This document shows positions 61,342 to 64,000 of a stretch of 64,000 nucleotides of DNA, one piece after another (the first letter of the stretch is position 1; each line of letters begins with the position of its first letter). Origin of the DNA: an uncultured delta proteobacterium (GTDB taxonomy: Bacteria; Desulfobacterota; Desulfobacteria; Desulfobacterales; QNYZ01). Under the pieces are notes generated by a model, which saw nothing but the letters and a program-made list of their open reading frames with translations, ran no database searches and was not told the DNA's origin. The stretch spans positions 160,001 through 224,000 of the forward strand of contig CAWJQU010000017.1 of assembly GCA_963845145.1 (NCBI GenBank), in the 5' to 3' direction. A program made the translations under genes and the position numbers.

Positions 61342-62610
61342 ATGAAATTGTTGAGATCTTGGTTATGGCGCTTGCTTGGATTATTTATGATTATAGCCGG
61401 GTGTGCTACGGAAAATCCGGCGGGGCTGAATGTGCATTCGGCGGATTGGGCCAATCCAGCGTTGAGTGGCAACTCGGGGTTTCATGGCGCGGTGGTTCAA
61501 AATGACGGTACGGCATCGTGCACGACTTGTCACGGCGCCAGTCTTAACGGTTCCGGTACTGCTCCCGGTTGCGGCACCTGTCACTTCGGACCGGCAGGGG
61601 GCCGGGAACCGGCAAACGGTAACTGGACACACGATTCAAACCAACATGCCAACCAGGCGATATACAGTGCAATTTGCAATCAATGTCATGATACCCGTCG
61701 GCGTTTTGGTCTGGGACCGTCGGCATGTCACGACTGCCATGATGCCGGTACGCCCACCCATCCAACCGGGCGGCCGTGGCTCGATAAGGATGAGGCTCAA
61801 TTCCATGGGGGCAGTTCACTGAATTGTACACAATGCCATTCGGTCCCGGCCGACTGCAATCGGTGTCATTTTGGGGCCGATGGCCAGCGATCCCCCGGAG
61901 GGTGGTCCCATGGGCTGAATGATTCCCATCGTCGCTACACGGACCAAAGAGATGTTTGCAACCAATGCCATAATCTCAATCGCAATTACGGAAACGCGCC
62001 GAGCGGCTGTCACGATTGTCATGCTGATGCGACCCATGTCACCGGTCGCCCATGGCTCGACAAGAAAAACGCACAGTTTCATGGTGACAGTTCGCTTGAT
62101 TGTGCGAGCTGCCATTCGGTTCCCGCCGATTGTAACCGGTGTCATTTCGGCGCCAACGGCCAGCGATCACCCGGCGGATGGTCTCATGGCTTAAATGACG
62201 CCCATCGAAACTATACCTCTCGTACCGGTGTGTGTAACCAATGCCATAATCTCAATCGTAGCTACGGAAACGCGCCGAGCGGCTGTCACGATTGTCATGC
62301 CAATGCGACCCATGTCACCGGTCGCCCGTGGCTCGACAAGAAAAACGGACAGTTTCATGGCGACAGTTCGCTTGATTGTGCCCGTTGTCATTCGGTTCCC
62401 GCCGATTGTAACCGGTGTCATTTCGGCGCCAACGGCCAGCGCTCTCCCGGTGGATGGTCACATGGTTTAAATGACGCCCATGAACGTTTCTCGTCTCGTT
62501 CCAGTGTGTGCAACCAATGCCACAATCTCAATCGTAGCTTTGGCAATGCACCTGGCCGCTGCCACGATTGCCATGGGGATGGCGATGACGACGATGACGA
62601 CGATGATTGA
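61342..62610 (+). CDS. 16-heme c-type cytochrome lipoprotein with tandem four-heme modules and poly-Asp tail
   Basis: Lipobox IAGC; 16 CxxCH counted; AGGAG RBS; ends GDGDDDDDDDD. Confidence 0.92.
   Translation: MKLLRSWLWRLLGLFMIIAGCATENPAGLNVHSADWANPALSGNSGFHGAVVQNDGTASCTTCHGASLNGSGTAPGCGTCHFGPAGGREPANGNWTHDSNQHANQAIYSAICNQCHDTRRRFGLGPSACHDCHDAGTPTHPTGRPWLDKDEAQFHGGSSLNCTQCHSVPADCNRCHFGADGQRSPGGWSHGLNDSHRRYTDQRDVCNQCHNLNRNYGNAPSGCHDCHADATHVTGRPWLDKKNAQFHGDSSLDCASCHSVPADCNRCHFGANGQRSPGGWSHGLNDAHRNYTSRTGVCNQCHNLNRSYGNAPSGCHDCHANATHVTGRPWLDKKNGQFHGDSSLDCARCHSVPADCNRCHFGANGQRSPGGWSHGLNDAHERFSSRSSVCNQCHNLNRSFGNAPGRCHDCHGDGDDDDDDDD
61756..62577 (+). repeat. Three tandem 276-nt (92-aa) repeats
   Basis: Units start at 61756, 62032 and 62308; units 2 and 3 are nearly identical in DNA. 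Confidence 0.92.
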
Positions 62611-62765
62611 TCAAAATAACAATGCTCGCACACCATCATTGTTTTTTATGGCTATTTCCGATAAACCCGAATCATCATTTACACTCCTGTATATTATGCC
62701 TATCTGCTTATTGCCAGTTCGGGTGTGAATAGCGGGTCTGGGCGTTCTCCTTTAGGCTCATCATT

Positions 62766-63434
62766 ATGACTAATAAAATGGATCGGCCATCTGTCCCGAC
62801 ACGCGGTCGAACACTGGACTATGCTGCACCGGTTTATGATTTACTTGAGCCGATTTTTTTGCTCGGGAAGCAGGCTGAGTATGACCGGCACATCGTCTCG
62901 CTGTTGAAACTTAGTGAAAAGGACCAGGTGCTTGACTTAGGGTGTGGTACCGGGGTCCTTACACGAATGATCGGGGATCAACTGGTTGCCGAGTCCGGTG
63001 GTGTTGCCGTTGGTATTGATGCGGCGGCGAAGATGATAAAAGCAGCCGGGAAAAAACGCGAGAATGACACCTGTCGGTTTGACGTGGCGGCGGCGGAAGC
63101 GTTGCCCTATGAGGATGGCTCTTTCGACGCCGTCGTATCAAGCTTGTTTTTTCATCATGTTGATCTTGAACTGAAAAAAAAGGCTTTGGCCGAAGCCTGG
63201 CGGGTTTTGCGACCCAACGGCAAGCTGGTCATTGCCGATATGCATCGTCCCACCACATGGATGGGAGCATTGGTTTCCCATGTATCTCGCTGGTTCTTTA
63301 TGCAACCCCAAATCGGAGAAAATATCCGTGGGGTTTTACCGGAGTTGATCCAAGATACGGGGTTTCATTCGCCTGAAATCGTACGCACGTATTTTGGATA
63401 TATTGCCGTTTTTTTAAGTTACAAAGTTGCGTAA
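62766..63434 (+). CDS. Class I SAM-dependent methyltransferase (UbiE-like)
   Basis: VLDLGCGTG, AEALPYEDGSFDAV, RVLRPNG. Confidence 0.88.
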   Translation: MTNKMDRPSVPTRGRTLDYAAPVYDLLEPIFLLGKQAEYDRHIVSLLKLSEKDQVLDLGCGTGVLTRMIGDQLVAESGGVAVGIDAAAKMIKAAGKKRENDTCRFDVAAAEALPYEDGSFDAVVSSLFFHHVDLELKKKALAEAWRVLRPNGKLVIADMHRPTTWMGALVSHVSRWFFMQPQIGENIRGVLPELIQDTGFHSPEIVRTYFGYIAVFLSYKVA

Positions 63435-63468
63435 ACAAATAAAATGGAACCCAAATATAATATAAGCT

Positions 63469-64000
63469 ATGGAAACCGCTAAGCCCGATACTTCGTCCAT
63501 CGTCAATGCGCTACTACCCAACCCATTGGATGCGCTAAAGGATGAATTGTCCGCCGCACTTTCCTTATACTGGCAATCCGCCGGACGCGTTCTGCAATCA
63601 AGCGGCGTTAACTTGTCGGAACCCCCAAATGATTATTATTTTTTGGAGAAGAATTTTTTCTCGGCCTTATTTTTGTTTTCTTATCACCGTACCGGCATTG
63701 TCGGGCCGCGACGTATCACCTATGCTGCCATAAACCAATGTCTGCGAGGGATGGTGACCGGTTGCGACAATATTTTAGATGATGAATATAAAAAAACGCT
63801 TGAAACTGATTTGCCTGAGAAAGGCGATCGTTTTCGGTCGGTGCTGGATATCATGGTATCCGAACGAATCCTTTTTGATATTCTTTTGGACGCATTTAAA
63901 ACAAACGAGATGCCCCACGCAGCCGTTTTAAAAATCGGTGACGCTGCCTTGCACGCGCTTTTCCGCAGCGGTGCCCAGGAAGCTTCCGAAGAAAATGGGA
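63469..64000 (+). CDS. ORF truncated by the window end, possibly class I isoprenoid-synthase fold (absent from the ORF track)
   Basis: Open frame METAKPDTSS...LRGMVTGCDNILDDEYK...SGAQEASEENG; helical character with an Asp-rich DNILDDE motif. Confidence 0.6.
   Translation, partial: METAKPDTSSIVNALLPNPLDALKDELSAALSLYWQSAGRVLQSSGVNLSEPPNDYYFLEKNFFSALFLFSYHRTGIVGPRRITYAAINQCLRGMVTGCDNILDDEYKKTLETDLPEKGDRFRSVLDIMVSERILFDILLDAFKTNEMPHAAVLKIGDAALHALFRSGAQEASEENG

Noticed and set aside
61756..62577. Repeats as a CRISPR array
   Set aside because: Units are contiguous 276-nt coding repeats without unique spacers; no cas genes in the window.
63542..63733. 63-aa ORF in the track
   Set aside because: Lies out of frame within the longer ORF starting at 63469.

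Overview
64 kb of a bacterial chromosome; gene content (futalosine menaquinone pathway, Pfa-type synthase, Fur-FeoA fusion, multiheme cytochromes) suggests an anaerobic Desulfobacterota member (inference). Left to right: a partial trypsin-like protease, a TRAP permease remnant, a TPP-riboswitch thiamine ABC/thiN operon, a Zn-PLC-family gene, a PotABCD-like transporter with a highly structured leader, a UroD/MtaA-family gene, mscL, a PAS kinase, a two-gene phosphonate locus (pepM fused to a nucleotidyltransferase; ppd frameshifted), a membrane MutS-like gene, mqnD/A/deaminase/C/E (mqnE frameshifted) directly downstream of pfaD-pfaA with no pfaB/C/E, xerD, an M24 peptidase, fur-feoA, a candidate sigma54-dependent anti-SD sRNA, rsmG, tRNA-Arg, an RpoH-like sigma with SPKK-type repeats, housekeeping genes to mutS, a ~163 bp MITE-like palindrome, a GAF-PilB ATPase, queH/yggS/maf and tRNA-Leu. 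After tRNA-Leu lies an accessory-looking block: a two-component system, a putative outer-membrane barrel, a pentaheme lipoprotein, a 16-heme lipoprotein built from 92-aa four-heme modules, a methyltransferase and a truncated isoprenoid-synthase-like ORF. Top leads are the porin-cytochrome conduit, the sigma54 sRNA, the pfaDA-mqn juxtaposition and the potD leader. No CRISPR array, rRNA or transposase was seen. All family calls come from motif recognition by eye; no searches were run.
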